Virus record (IMG/VR): IMGVR_UViG_3300048581_000026
DNA: 64,000 bases
Source of the DNA: an uncultured virus (IMG/VR IMGVR_UViG_3300048581_000026)
Lineage: Duplodnaviria > Heunggongvirae > Uroviricota > Caudoviricetes
Strand: one strand, 5' to 3'
The notes beneath the pieces are model-generated. The model searched no databases and was not told the origin of the DNA. It saw nothing but the letters and a program-made list of their open reading frames with translations. Positions 26,590 through 36,836 of this stretch are shown piece after piece. A program made the translations under genes and the position numbers. How positions within the stretch are numbered: position 1 is the stretch's first letter; the number at the start of each line of letters is the position of its first letter.

Positions 26590-27260
26590 CAGTGTTATAA
26601 CAGTGTTCAGCTGGAACCGGATGGGGGCTGGTGTGGTGCTGATTTGGGGTGCGTGTGGGTCAGTCTGAAGGTGCGTGGAGTCCCCTTTACGCGAATGAAA
26701 TGCGAAACCACTAACGTGATGAAATTTTGTGCGATTTTGAATGGTGAAGCGAAACCTGGATGGTGGATTGCTTATTTTTCATGGTTGTTATGTGGGTTCG
26801 GACGTTGTTTTAATAGCGAAACCTAGGCGTAACCTGAATGTGTGGTTGTGAGTGATAATGTGTGAATATTGGTGATTATAAATCATGGTTTGTGGTATAA
26901 TGTGTGTGTTTTGGGTGTAAGTTGTTGGAAATAACCGGATTGGTTGGTGCATTATTCTGGTCGCTTTTGAGATGCTACTGCAGGTCTGTGGTTTCGCATT
27001 TCCTTCCCGCGCGAAGGTGGCGATTCTGGCGATGTGCTTGGGCTTGGTGGACTGATGTGCTGGGCTGGGTTTCTGGGCGTGTCCCGGCTTGAAGGTGGAC
27101 TGATTCGGTCTGTGAAAAATTCAGGTTTTACCATGAAAATTCAGCAGCGCGATGGCTAAGTGTGAAGGATACTAAGGGTAAGATGTGGGCGGAAGCCCAT
27201 TTTGGTGTTGAGACTTCACTGTTTCAGCGAACCTTTGCGAATTATCATACTGGGTTACTC
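26590..27260. promoter_or_regulatory. Divergent non-coding control region (candidate pac/ori/terminus)
   Basis: G/T-skewed gap between the leftward and rightward operons; GCGAAACC repeats. Confidence 0.5.
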
Positions 27261-27262
27261 CA

Positions 27263-27733
27263 ATGCAAAAGACCCTTACCCACAACGACAAAGTGATTAA
27301 TGACCGGCCGCAGGCCTTCAAACCGGGCATGGCCAAACCAGCTGGGTCTGGCCGCAAAAAAGGTCAGGTGAATAAAATCACCAAGTCTGTCAAAGAAGCA
27401 TTGGCTGAAGCCTTTGAACAGATGGGTGGCATCCCTAGCCTTGTGCGCTGGGGTCGTCTCAACCAAGGCGAGTTCTACAAGCTTTGGGTCCGGCTTCTTC
27501 CCATCCAGGTCAACAACACCATCGGCACACCTGTTAAGATTGAGAATGAGCATGATCTGTCCAAACTCAGCATTGATGAACTCAGCAGCCTGGCCTCTAT
27601 GATTGAAAAGACCACTCTGATCACTGCTTGCAGCAGCAGTGATGAAGTGATGGTAGGCCTTATGCAGCAGGCTGATGAAGCTGCAGAAGAAGAACGAGAG
27701 AATGATCCTCTGTCCTCTGAAGATGCGGGCTAA
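27263..27733 (+). CDS. terS: Terminase small subunit
   Basis: GSGRKKGQVNKIT...EAFEQMGG...FYKLW.RLLP; upstream of TerL. Confidence 0.75.
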   Translation: MQKTLTHNDKVINDRPQAFKPGMAKPAGSGRKKGQVNKITKSVKEALAEAFEQMGGIPSLVRWGRLNQGEFYKLWVRLLPIQVNNTIGTPVKIENEHDLSKLSIDELSSLASMIEKTTLITACSSSDEVMVGLMQQADEAAEEERENDPLSSEDAG

Positions 27734-27734
27734 C

Positions 27735-27941
27735 ATGAGAAAAGAGACTGTTAAGTATCACTGTGACAGCTGTGGTGATAACAAGTATCTGATGTGGAAG
27801 CATGGATCTGATGCTGCGTCTGCTATCGATAAAGAATTTGCATATGTTCCATGCAGCTGTGGTTCTCATGCAAAGTTTGTATGTGTAGTTGAACCTGCTG
27901 TTCCCATCCTTGTTGGCCTGTCAGATGAAGAGGACTGTTAA
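27735..27941 (+). CDS. Small Zn-ribbon protein
   Basis: CDSC...CSC motifs. Confidence 0.6.
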   Translation: MRKETVKYHCDSCGDNKYLMWKHGSDAASAIDKEFAYVPCSCGSHAKFVCVVEPAVPILVGLSDEEDC

Positions 27942-28038
27942 TTGTGGACATCATTGCTTATCAAAAGTCTGGTCATGCAGTTGTTGATAATGCACTGTTT
28001 ATTGTCCTTCTGCTATTGGTCGTAATGCTGATGGTGAA

Positions 28039-28275
28039 ATGATGGCACGCAGAGCTCAGCCCCAAGCACCAGCACCTCCGCCACCTGATCCATTGCCACC
28101 AAACGTGACACTGACAATGGAACGCATGTCACCAGCTGAACAGATGCTCTCAATAATTAGTCACGGAACCACTCTGATCAGCTACCTTCCACCAGATACG
28201 CAGGAAGTAGAAGCAAAGAAGCTGCTGAAGTTCATAAACACTTTCCTGGAACGACAAGCAAAGGAACGGTCATGA
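28039..28275 (+). CDS. Hypothetical protein
   Basis: ORF tiling. Confidence 0.6.
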   Translation: MMARRAQPQAPAPPPPDPLPPNVTLTMERMSPAEQMLSIISHGTTLISYLPPDTQEVEAKKLLKFINTFLERQAKERS

Positions 28276-28595
28276 ACGAGCCAGTGAAGATATCAATCCA
28301 TGGTTACACCCACTTCATTGTCGGGCTGCGCAAGCACGGTGATCCTGAGCTTCCTGGTGTTAGGTTCAGGCCATACACCGAGGAAGAATTTGCCGTCTGT
28401 GAACTGGCTGAGGATGGTGGTCCTAGGCTCAATGATGCACAGGTGGAACGTCTGGAGATGTCTGAGTCTGAACCTGGTGATGTTGTCATTGATCTTGGCA
28501 GCACAGAACTCAATGAAGAGTTCTGTGACCTTCTCAACAAGGCTATTCCGATTGCACACCAGAAGATGAAACAGGCACACAATCCGTGCAAATGA
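28272..28595 (+). CDS. Hypothetical protein
   Basis: AAGGA RBS; ATGA overlaps on both ends. Confidence 0.7.
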   Translation: MNEPVKISIHGYTHFIVGLRKHGDPELPGVRFRPYTEEEFAVCELAEDGGPRLNDAQVERLEMSESEPGDVVIDLGSTELNEEFCDLLNKAIPIAHQKMKQAHNPCK

Positions 28596-30133
28596 CACTT
28601 CCAAGCCTTGAGGAGGTCAAGGCAGAACTGGGACGCCGGGCATTGATCCGGTGCATTCAGTATTGCAGAGATGACTACAAGGTTGGCTGGTTCAATGATC
28701 TGCTGGCAGAAACACTGGAGAGGTTTGTTGAAGACAGCTGGGCAGGCAGAAGCCCAAGACTGATCATCATGGCACCTCCTCGCCACGGCAAGAGTGAGCT
28801 GGCCTCACGATATGCTCCGGCCTACGCATTCGGCAAGCACCCTGACATGAAGATCATCGCCACATCACATGGTGCTGAGCTGGCTAGTGCAATGAATCGG
28901 GACATACAACGCATCATTGACTCGCCAGCATATGAGAAGCTGTTCCCTGAGACAAGGTTGTTTGGCAAAAACATCCGCACCGTAGCAGACGGATCGTATC
29001 TGCGGAACTCAGATGTATTCGAGATCGTCAACCACCGAGGGGCATATAAGAATGCCGGCGTCGGTGGTTCTGTTATGGGCGTCGGTGGCAACATGGTGAT
29101 TGTCGATGACCCTGTGAAGGATAGCGAGGACGCACAGTCTGAGACAATGCGTGAGAAAACATGGGACTGGTTCACAGGAACCTTATACCATCGTGTTGAG
29201 GCTGGTGGTGGCATCCTGATCATCATGACCCGCTGGCATGCGGACGATTTGGTTGGTCGCCTTCTTGACAATGCGAAGGAAGGTGGCGAGCAGTGGGAAA
29301 CACTCTGCTTCCCTGCCATTGCTGAGCACGACGAGTTCCATCCACGCACAGGTGCCCTGCTGAGGCATGAAGGTGAGGCCCTGCACCCTGAGCGCATTGA
29401 CCTTGGCCAGCTGAATCGGATCAAACTCGGCACCAGCGGAAAGCCTGGCACAGGGTCTCGGGTGTTCACTGCACTGTTTCAACAGCGGCCATCTGTTGAG
29501 TCTGGTAACTACTTCCAACGTGGCAACTGGGTGTTCATCAAACCACCACAGCCCATTGACACAATGTCCAGGCAGGAAAGGCTGTATTACTTCCGCCAGC
29601 TTGGCATCATCATGGTTGGCCAGTTCTGGGACACTGCACTTGGTGGCAAGAAGAAGAACGACAATGCAGCATGCGCAACACTGGCGTGGTCTCCAACTAG
29701 GAATTACCTTGTCGATCTGTGGTGTGACAAGGTCAAGTTCTCTGATGTGCTGGACCAGGTGAAGATGCTGTATGACAAGTGGACGCCAAACCTGGTGGGT
29801 GTTGAAGGTGGTGGGTCGCATTCTGGCAAGGCCACAGTTGATCTGCTGTCTCGATCAACATCTATCCCATTCAAAGAGATCATGACATCCACAGACAAAG
29901 AGTTCAGGGCTGGAGCCTGTGAGCCAACACATGAAGCCAAGATGTGCTGCTTGTTTGATGGCAATGACTTCAATGCGAAGTTTGTTGACCATTGTGCTGA
30001 TTTCCCCAACATTAAGAATGACGATGATGTTGATGCCTGGATGCTGGGTATTGAAGAGATCAATGGTGGGCCCAAAAACTTCCAGTTCTCGCCAGAGATC
30101 CTGGCTGCGCTTGGTTCTGGAGGTAGGAGATGA
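28592..30133 (+). CDS. terL: Terminase large subunit
   Basis: PPRHGKSE Walker A, VIVDDPVK Walker B, IMTRWH; nuclease WDTA...DDDVDA. Confidence 0.95.
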   Translation: MTLPSLEEVKAELGRRALIRCIQYCRDDYKVGWFNDLLAETLERFVEDSWAGRSPRLIIMAPPRHGKSELASRYAPAYAFGKHPDMKIIATSHGAELASAMNRDIQRIIDSPAYEKLFPETRLFGKNIRTVADGSYLRNSDVFEIVNHRGAYKNAGVGGSVMGVGGNMVIVDDPVKDSEDAQSETMREKTWDWFTGTLYHRVEAGGGILIIMTRWHADDLVGRLLDNAKEGGEQWETLCFPAIAEHDEFHPRTGALLRHEGEALHPERIDLGQLNRIKLGTSGKPGTGSRVFTALFQQRPSVESGNYFQRGNWVFIKPPQPIDTMSRQERLYYFRQLGIIMVGQFWDTALGGKKKNDNAACATLAWSPTRNYLVDLWCDKVKFSDVLDQVKMLYDKWTPNLVGVEGGGSHSGKATVDLLSRSTSIPFKEIMTSTDKEFRAGACEPTHEAKMCCLFDGNDFNAKFVDHCADFPNIKNDDDVDAWMLGIEEINGGPKNFQFSPEILAALGSGGRR

Positions 30134-30270
30134 GACCTGTGACTGGTGAGTTCAGAATCTATATCCCTACATTCTGGGCGTATGCGGCTGCGTTCTGTGC
30201 AATGTTTGGTCTTGTGCGTCTGTGCGATTACATCATCGACAAGACCCTGAAGCTTGAGGTGATCAAGTAA
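30130..30270 (+). CDS. Small hydrophobic protein (46 aa)
   Basis: Hand-translated; AGGAG RBS; overlaps the TerL stop and portal start. Confidence 0.55.
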   Translation: MRPVTGEFRIYIPTFWAYAAAFCAMFGLVRLCDYIIDKTLKLEVIK

Positions 30271-32264
30271 TGCTCTGGCTGCCGAAGTTCCTGAAGTCCA
30301 GCATTGATGCCTATGCTGAGTCTGCCGCTGGCCGGGAGATGGACCGCAGGCGCGCTGCTGCTGCGCAAGGAATAAACGCAGCTCATGAAGTGTTTACAGA
30401 CTCAATGCTCAAGGCGATTAAAAATCCAGCCAAAGCAGCTGAGATGCGTGGAACCGCCATCAGGGCCATCCACCCGCACTTCCCAGTCCAGGCATACAAG
30501 CCACCAAAGGGTGTTGGTGGTTCTGAGCGCAAGGTCCTGGCCCTAGATGATGCTATGGGTGGCATGTATAATGTCATTGGCATGGGTGGATCTGGTGCAC
30601 CATTCACAGCACAAGGCTTTCCTGGCTTCCCATACCTCACTGAGCTTACGCAGACATCTGAGTATCGTGACATGTATGAGCGTGTTGCTGCTGAGATGTG
30701 CCGCAAGTGGATCACATTCCGTGGCAAGGGTGAAGATGACAAGACTGAGCGCATAGGTGCCATCGAGGATGAATTCTCCCGGCTTCAGGTCCGTGAGAAT
30801 ATGCGCAAGGGAGCTGTGCTGGAAGGATCAATGGGCAGGGCACAGCTGTTCATGAACTTTGGAGAAGATGGCAAGGACCAGGATGAGAAGGATGAGCTGA
30901 AGACAAAGCTCATGTTCAACAGGTTCAAGATCAATCGCAATAACAAACTCAAATCACTGAAGACCATTGAACCAATTACCACCTATCCTGCAGCTGTTGA
31001 TTCTGACAATCCGCTGTGCAGCAGCTTCTATGTTCCGAGCTCTTGGTTTGTGTATGGCACAGAGGTTGCTGCCAGCAGGATGCTCACTATGGTTGGCCGT
31101 GAGCTTCCAGACCTACTCAAGCCTGCCTATAACTTTTCAGGCATCTCCCTGTCCCAGCTAGCCCAACCCTATGTTGAGTATTGGCTCAACACTAGGGACT
31201 CAGTTGGTGAGATCCTCCAGAACTTTAGCACGGTGGCATTTGGCACAAACATGGACATCATGCTCAATCCTAATGCACCTGCCTTGATCAATCGTCTTCA
31301 AGGCTACAGCGAGACCCGCAGGAACAATGGCGTGTTCATGTATGACAAGGACCGCGAAGACATCAAGCTTCTGAATGTGACGCTGGCTGGTCTTGACAAG
31401 CTTCAGGCGCAGGCCCAGGAACATATGGCGGCTGTGGCTAAGACGCCATTGGTTGTGCTGCTTGGAATTACGCCAACTGGTCTGAATCAGTCTGCTGAAG
31501 GCGACATGCGGGTGTTCTACGACTACATTCAGGACCAGCAGGAGAAGCTGTTCCGTCAGATTATCCAGAACCTGCTAAATGTCGTTCAGCTTGGTTTGTT
31601 TGGTGACATTGACCCTGACATAACGTTTGATTTTGTCAATCTGTTCTCTGTGACTGGTAAGGAACAGGCCTTGATTACCAAGACCACGACGGATAGTGAT
31701 GTTGCATTGGTCACTGCTGGTGTTGTTAGTGCGCAGGAGGTCAGGTCCAAGGCTGCTCGGGATCCAGCATCTGGTTATAACAATCTGGATGTCAACAAGA
31801 TGCCACCAAAGCCAGCACTACCTGCTCCTGGTGGCAAAGGTGGAGCAGGTGCAACTGGTGAAGGCTCACCAAGCAGCATCGCCACTACAAATTCTGAAAT
31901 GAACACTGGAGGTGATTCTGTTGCACAGATCGCCATTGATGCAATTGAGAATGCTCTCTGTGCTGATGGAGCTGTTGTCTTGCCCAGCTACGCACTGAGC
32001 AAAGCAGCCCTGGAGGCCACGCGGGTCCTCGCAGTGGCAGGCGGTGAGCTGGCCCTAGACTCTGCGATTGGATCGCAAAAGCGAGCATTAAATGCTCTCA
32101 GGGTGGCGCTCACCGCCACTTATGAAGATGGTGCTGTTACTGCTGTGGTCGGGCAGCTGTTTGATGCACACAGCGCTGCGGTCAGCAGCCTTGAACTGCT
32201 GCGTGATAAACTGGCGATGGATTCTATGATTGATGCTGAAATTGTTGAAGGAGAACAGAAATGA
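30270..32264 (+). CDS. Portal protein (DUF1073-like) with C-terminal extension
   Basis: FPGFPYL.EL.Q..EYR...LQAQAQEHMAAV...PLV.LLGITP.GLN.SAEG. Confidence 0.9.
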   Translation: MLWLPKFLKSSIDAYAESAAGREMDRRRAAAAQGINAAHEVFTDSMLKAIKNPAKAAEMRGTAIRAIHPHFPVQAYKPPKGVGGSERKVLALDDAMGGMYNVIGMGGSGAPFTAQGFPGFPYLTELTQTSEYRDMYERVAAEMCRKWITFRGKGEDDKTERIGAIEDEFSRLQVRENMRKGAVLEGSMGRAQLFMNFGEDGKDQDEKDELKTKLMFNRFKINRNNKLKSLKTIEPITTYPAAVDSDNPLCSSFYVPSSWFVYGTEVAASRMLTMVGRELPDLLKPAYNFSGISLSQLAQPYVEYWLNTRDSVGEILQNFSTVAFGTNMDIMLNPNAPALINRLQGYSETRRNNGVFMYDKDREDIKLLNVTLAGLDKLQAQAQEHMAAVAKTPLVVLLGITPTGLNQSAEGDMRVFYDYIQDQQEKLFRQIIQNLLNVVQLGLFGDIDPDITFDFVNLFSVTGKEQALITKTTTDSDVALVTAGVVSAQEVRSKAARDPASGYNNLDVNKMPPKPALPAPGGKGGAGATGEGSPSSIATTNSEMNTGGDSVAQIAIDAIENALCADGAVVLPSYALSKAALEATRVLAVAGGELALDSAIGSQKRALNALRVALTATYEDGAVTAVVGQLFDAHSAAVSSLELLRDKLAMDSMIDAEIVEGEQK

Positions 32265-33139
32265 GTTCACAGGGTGCTGACTGGTTTATCACTGGGGCTG
32301 CTGCTCAGTCTGCTCTTAACATTGACATTCTGCAGGTATGGTCCAGCCAGGGTCCAATTGACACTGTTGCTGGTGGCCAGGGTTCTGGTGGTATTGCATC
32401 ATATGCTGCTTTCTACATTCAGATCAATGGTAGTTCTGGTATTTCTTCGGGGCAGATCATCTTTGAAGGGTCAAATGATGGTGTGACATATGTGCCGTTG
32501 ACGTTCTATGATGATGCTGTTGTGACTGGTGCCGCAATCAATTCTGCCATCTCAATTGCCGCCAGCACCAGCAGGTTCTTCTCTGGCAAGCTGACCTTCC
32601 GATATTTCCGGTGCCGTATCTCCACTGCATTTGTCGGCGGCACCATTCAGGCATTCTCCAGGCTGGTTGATGAGGACTACAACCCTAGGGTGACTGCTGT
32701 GGCAAACCAGACTGCAGCAAACATGCAGGTTCAGGCTTCCCTTGTGGCGGGGACTGCTCTGGCTGGCGATGTCGCCATTGAGTATCGAGCCAATGCCACT
32801 GGTGCTGCCACCCCTGCTCCTATCATGTCGCCTGTCACTCCTGCTGGTGCTTCGATAAAGGGCTCTGCTGGTCGTGTTATGGCAATCAATCTGCAGAACA
32901 GTGCTGCTGCCCTGCGGTCTATGAAATTCTTCAATGCCACCAGTGTGACTATGGGGACCACAGCAGCTGCATTCGAGGTGGATATCCCGGCTGGGGGCAG
33001 TGCTCAGTTGAACTTTGATGGTGGGATTGGTTTCGCGACTGGTATCATGTGGGCTGTCACTGCTGCGAAGGGACTGACTGACAACACTACAACTAGTCTG
33101 GCACTTAATGATGTTTCTGGTGTTGTTGCTTACGCGTGA
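32261..33139 (+). CDS. Probable virion accessory or decoration protein (beta-rich)
   Basis: G/A/T/S-rich; FEGSNDG motif; lies in the head module. Confidence 0.65.
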   Translation: MSSQGADWFITGAAAQSALNIDILQVWSSQGPIDTVAGGQGSGGIASYAAFYIQINGSSGISSGQIIFEGSNDGVTYVPLTFYDDAVVTGAAINSAISIAASTSRFFSGKLTFRYFRCRISTAFVGGTIQAFSRLVDEDYNPRVTAVANQTAANMQVQASLVAGTALAGDVAIEYRANATGAATPAPIMSPVTPAGASIKGSAGRVMAINLQNSAAALRSMKFFNATSVTMGTTAAAFEVDIPAGGSAQLNFDGGIGFATGIMWAVTAAKGLTDNTTTSLALNDVSGVVAYA

Positions 33140-33146
33140 GGCTGAA

Positions 33147-33515
33147 ATGAGTGAATCTTGCAGCATGACTTGTAGCAGGCGCATGAATGAGATGGGGCCT
33201 TGGGAACACAAGGTTGGGCTGGACAACTGGCGTAAAGATGGCTCCTGCAGCTTCTGTGGTGGGCTCAACCCTGACCTTGTTCTTGAAGAGATCAGAACCG
33301 ACCCTGAAGCATTGATTGTTCCAACCGACAAGTCCTACAAGATCTATGTCGTCAGCAAGAACTGGAATCACAAGAAGAGCTACTTTCAGCACTTCAGTGT
33401 GGAACAGCGCAAAGAGTTCATCAAGCTTTACAATGAGAACATCATGAAGCTTGATGTGCCTGGTTACTTCTACGTCTGGCCTTTCTTCATGGCGCCAGAA
33501 CCCAAACCGGAGTAG
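33147..33515 (+). CDS. Hypothetical protein
   Basis: CSFCGGL.P...TDK.YK.Y...YFQH motif. Confidence 0.7.
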   Translation: MSESCSMTCSRRMNEMGPWEHKVGLDNWRKDGSCSFCGGLNPDLVLEEIRTDPEALIVPTDKSYKIYVVSKNWNHKKSYFQHFSVEQRKEFIKLYNENIMKLDVPGYFYVWPFFMAPEPKPE

Positions 33516-33519
33516 TCCT

Positions 33520-34395
33520 GTGAGACTTGTAGCTTCCACACCTCATGCTGTTGTGCTGTCGCCGTGGCGATCCAGCGCAGCTGTAGAGGCCTGGTATGGA
33601 AGCACTATGGAGAAGATGGTCAAGGCTATGGTCCTGAATGTGTCCTACTGGATCAAGCACGAATATGAGAATAACGAAAAATCGATTGCTATGGACTCGC
33701 CATCTTCAGTCCTTGATGCCACTATGGCTAAGCTGTCCAAGCAGTGGACTGGCACCTTCAACCACATGGCCGCAACCATCGCACGCACATTCACTCGAAG
33801 GTGCTTGACCCATCACGATCTAGCAATGAAGGCTTCGCTCAGCAAGGCTGGGTTCTCTGTCCCATTCCAAATGACTGAGCACATGGTTGACCGAGTGGAA
33901 GGGCTGACTGCTGAGAATGTGAGCCTGATCAAAAGCATCCCCGCACAGTATCTGGACAAGGTCCATGCCAAGGTGCTGGAATCTGTTCGCAAGGGTCGTG
34001 ACATGAAGGAATTGACCAAGGAACTGGAAGGCTACGTTGAGCTGGGGAAGCCCGACTGGAGTCACAACCAGGTCATTCGTCGTGCCAGGTTCATTGCACG
34101 TCAGGAGAACAACAAGGCAACAGCAGCCTTTCAGCAGATCCGGCTCATAGACCTTGGTGTTGAAGAATCTTACTGGCAGCACACTGCAGCAAGCAAAGAA
34201 CCAAGGCCTGAGCACGAGGAATGGAGTGATGAAGGCCTGAAGTATAAAGTGGCGAAAGGTATGTATAGTGAAGTGGCAGAGAAGTGGGTGCTTCCTGGTG
34301 AGGATTACAACTGTGGTTGCACTGGTGCTCCCATTGTTCCTGGATACAACGACAAGGGAAAAGGTTCAGAGAATGATGAAGAGGAGGCAGCATGA
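33520..34395 (+). CDS. Head morphogenesis (Mu gpF/SPP1 gp7-like) minor head protein
   Basis: ENVSLIKSIP, RARFIARQE..KA, W.H...PRPEH, PGEDYNCGC; GTG start inferred. Confidence 0.9.
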   Translation: MRLVASTPHAVVLSPWRSSAAVEAWYGSTMEKMVKAMVLNVSYWIKHEYENNEKSIAMDSPSSVLDATMAKLSKQWTGTFNHMAATIARTFTRRCLTHHDLAMKASLSKAGFSVPFQMTEHMVDRVEGLTAENVSLIKSIPAQYLDKVHAKVLESVRKGRDMKELTKELEGYVELGKPDWSHNQVIRRARFIARQENNKATAAFQQIRLIDLGVEESYWQHTAASKEPRPEHEEWSDEGLKYKVAKGMYSEVAEKWVLPGEDYNCGCTGAPIVPGYNDKGKGSENDEEEAA

Positions 34396-34742
34396 TTATC
34401 AAGCTGATTATGACTGTTTATCTGCTTGGTAGCATTCAACCTCACACACAGAAGGTTGGCTTTGATATGCCAATTGTAGTCAAGGAGTATGATCCTTCTG
34501 CATATTTCAATTACATTGATGGCCAGATGGCGGAATCCAAGAGACATGGCTCTGCGAAAAACTGTTTGTTTGAATTCATAGATCCAGATTACATTGGTGG
34601 CTACAGTGATTCATTCACTAAGCTTGTTGTGGCTGTTGTCAAGCACTACATTGGACTTGATTATCCTGTTGCTGTTGGTGAAAGCAGAACTGGTCACACT
34701 TTCCTGATTCAGATTGGTCTTCATCAGAAAGCGAAGGAGTAG
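34392..34742 (+). CDS. Hypothetical protein
   Basis: GAGGAGG RBS. Confidence 0.65.
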   Translation: MIIKLIMTVYLLGSIQPHTQKVGFDMPIVVKEYDPSAYFNYIDGQMAESKRHGSAKNCLFEFIDPDYIGGYSDSFTKLVVAVVKHYIGLDYPVAVGESRTGHTFLIQIGLHQKAKE

Positions 34743-34745
34743 AAC

Positions 34746-35705
34746 ATGTTTGAAGAGATGATTGCATTCGACAGGGGAACTGCACGAACCATTGATAAGA
34801 ATGGTTATATGCATGTTGAAGGCTGTCGTCTGTCCAAAGCCTGTGTCAGTCCTTATCGTGGTCGGGAGATCGATCGCTGGCAGCAACTTGGCCTTGATGG
34901 TGACAAGATCTACCAGGTTTACCGTCCTGCTGTTGAACTGGAGAAGGCTGCGCACACATGCCACGGCATGCCATTGATGGACAATCACGTCCCTGTTTCT
35001 TCCAGTGAGCTGGAGAAGTCCAGAGTTGGTCTGCGCATTGTTGGCGCAATTGGCAGCAATGTCAGGATGGTTGGCGACTATCTTGTTGGTGATGTCACCG
35101 TGTGGAAGGATGGCGCATTGGATGGCATTTACACCAAGGAGCAGTCTGATCTTTCTTGTGGCTATCGTTATGAGTTGGATGTGAAGCCTGGTGTTGCTCC
35201 GAGTGGCCAGCCCTATGACATGTCAATGTATGACCTTGGTTTTAACCATGTGGCTCTGGTCCCTGATGGTCGGGTCCCTGGTGCTATGATTGCTGACTCT
35301 GCCATGGGTGATCTGCGCAGCGAGACTGCCAAGGATGCCAGCAACAGTGCTGATGCCTGCAGCAAGGATGCTGAGACTGCGACTGCTGCTGCTCATGATA
35401 AACCCAGCAGGTCCTCACACGCTAGTGCAGTGGAGGCACACTACAAGGCTCTGGCTTACCACCAGATGGCACAGAAGGCGAACTACAGGGCTGGCAATTC
35501 CGACAAGGCCAAGGAACATGGTGGCAAGGCTGCGCAGCACCAGGGCAAGATGGATGAGCACAAGGGCCAGGCTAGCCCTGGTTCTGGGCAGATGGCTGAT
35601 GCATTGAGGTGTGCATTTGCTTTCGATGACACTCATGCGCATTACGCTGGGGAGTATGGGGCTGCAAGGGAGAAGGCTGCAGCTACAACTAAAGAGCGCT
35701 TATGA
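34746..35705 (+). CDS. Prohead protease (DUF2213-like) with His/Ala-rich C-terminal extension
   Basis: R.ID.NGYMHV..SKA.V.PY.G.EI, LSCGY.Y, NHVALV..GR. Confidence 0.9.
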   Translation: MFEEMIAFDRGTARTIDKNGYMHVEGCRLSKACVSPYRGREIDRWQQLGLDGDKIYQVYRPAVELEKAAHTCHGMPLMDNHVPVSSSELEKSRVGLRIVGAIGSNVRMVGDYLVGDVTVWKDGALDGIYTKEQSDLSCGYRYELDVKPGVAPSGQPYDMSMYDLGFNHVALVPDGRVPGAMIADSAMGDLRSETAKDASNSADACSKDAETATAAAHDKPSRSSHASAVEAHYKALAYHQMAQKANYRAGNSDKAKEHGGKAAQHQGKMDEHKGQASPGSGQMADALRCAFAFDDTHAHYAGEYGAAREKAAATTKERL

Positions 35706-35862
35706 GTCAATGGCTCATGGGTTATATGCAGATAAATTGAGTGGCAAAAAATGATCACATTCGCGCAGGAGGCCAATGAGGAGCCACAGGCAATGAACCC
35801 AGCAGCACAACAGCACTTAAACACCGGCATGGTGCCAAACAATCCTACTAAGGAGGCCTAAG

Positions 35863-36825
35863 ATGGCCGCAATTAAAATGTTGTCCAGGAGGGGCGAGGC
35901 CATCAAGGGTGCTCTGGTTGCCCACATTGCTCCGCTCCTGGCAACTGACAAAAAGCTCAAGGCTGGTGAGGTTGATGCGATCATCCTTGCCTGTGATGCA
36001 GCTCCATACAAGAAGCAGCGTCCAATCATCGCCAAGGCATTCACCGAGGCTTTCAAGCCCAGGCTGGCCAAGGATGATCTGGATCCTGACACTGTGAAGG
36101 AACTGCTACTTGCGCTGGCCCAGGGCAGTCAGCCCAGTGACGAGGATGGCGAAGGTGATGAGCCTGAAGATGGCGACGACTCTGCTGTGGAAACTCAGGC
36201 TGGTGGTGGCATTCAGCCAGGTGACAATCCGGATGGTGGCACTCAAGGTGGTGGCACTCCTCAGATGCAGACTCCGGCTGTTCCAGAAGTTGATCACGGC
36301 AAAGCCATCTCAGACATCATTGCGAAGTCTGGTATGTCTCCTGAAGACCAGGAAGCATGCAATGGCCACATTCAGGCACTTGGTGCTCCCAAGCATGCCA
36401 ATGACAAGTTTCCGCCCAAGACGGGCAAGGAGGGCAATATGGGAGCTGAGACTGCTGCCAAACCAGATTTCCTCACCAAGCCTGCGATGGACGCAGCGCT
36501 GCTGAAGGTGAGTGCTGATACTCGCAAGGAGACCATCGCTGAGATGGCTGCTCGCTGGGAGGCTGTGAAGGCTGTGAAGCCGATTATTGGTGATGTCAAC
36601 CCGATGGCATTCGACACTGCCGATGCCATCTACCTGGCCGCTCTGGACCACGCTGGTGTCAAGCTTCCGAAGAATACTCATCCTTCTGCCTATGCCACTC
36701 TGGTCTCCATGCATCTGAGTGGTGCGGCTGAAAAGGCCAAGCAGGAAGGTCGTCGTCCTGCGATGGATGCCACTGTGGCAAAGACTCTGGCTGAACGCTA
36801 CAAGAACGCCCCGAAGCTGGGTTAG
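35863..36825 (+). CDS. Capsid scaffold-like protein
   Basis: AAGGAGG RBS; acidic linker; AMDAA...VKP.IG...AFD.AD.IY..AL typical of DUF2213 C-termini. Confidence 0.75.
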   Translation: MAAIKMLSRRGEAIKGALVAHIAPLLATDKKLKAGEVDAIILACDAAPYKKQRPIIAKAFTEAFKPRLAKDDLDPDTVKELLLALAQGSQPSDEDGEGDEPEDGDDSAVETQAGGGIQPGDNPDGGTQGGGTPQMQTPAVPEVDHGKAISDIIAKSGMSPEDQEACNGHIQALGAPKHANDKFPPKTGKEGNMGAETAAKPDFLTKPAMDAALLKVSADTRKETIAEMAARWEAVKAVKPIIGDVNPMAFDTADAIYLAALDHAGVKLPKNTHPSAYATLVSMHLSGAAEKAKQEGRRPAMDATVAKTLAERYKNAPKLG

Positions 36826-36836
36826 GAGGAAACCAA

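Noticed and set aside
30270..32264. Anti-CBASS Acb1 function for the DUF1073 protein
   Set aside because: Position and motifs fit a portal; no HxT/HxS 2H-phosphoesterase pair was recognised in the extension
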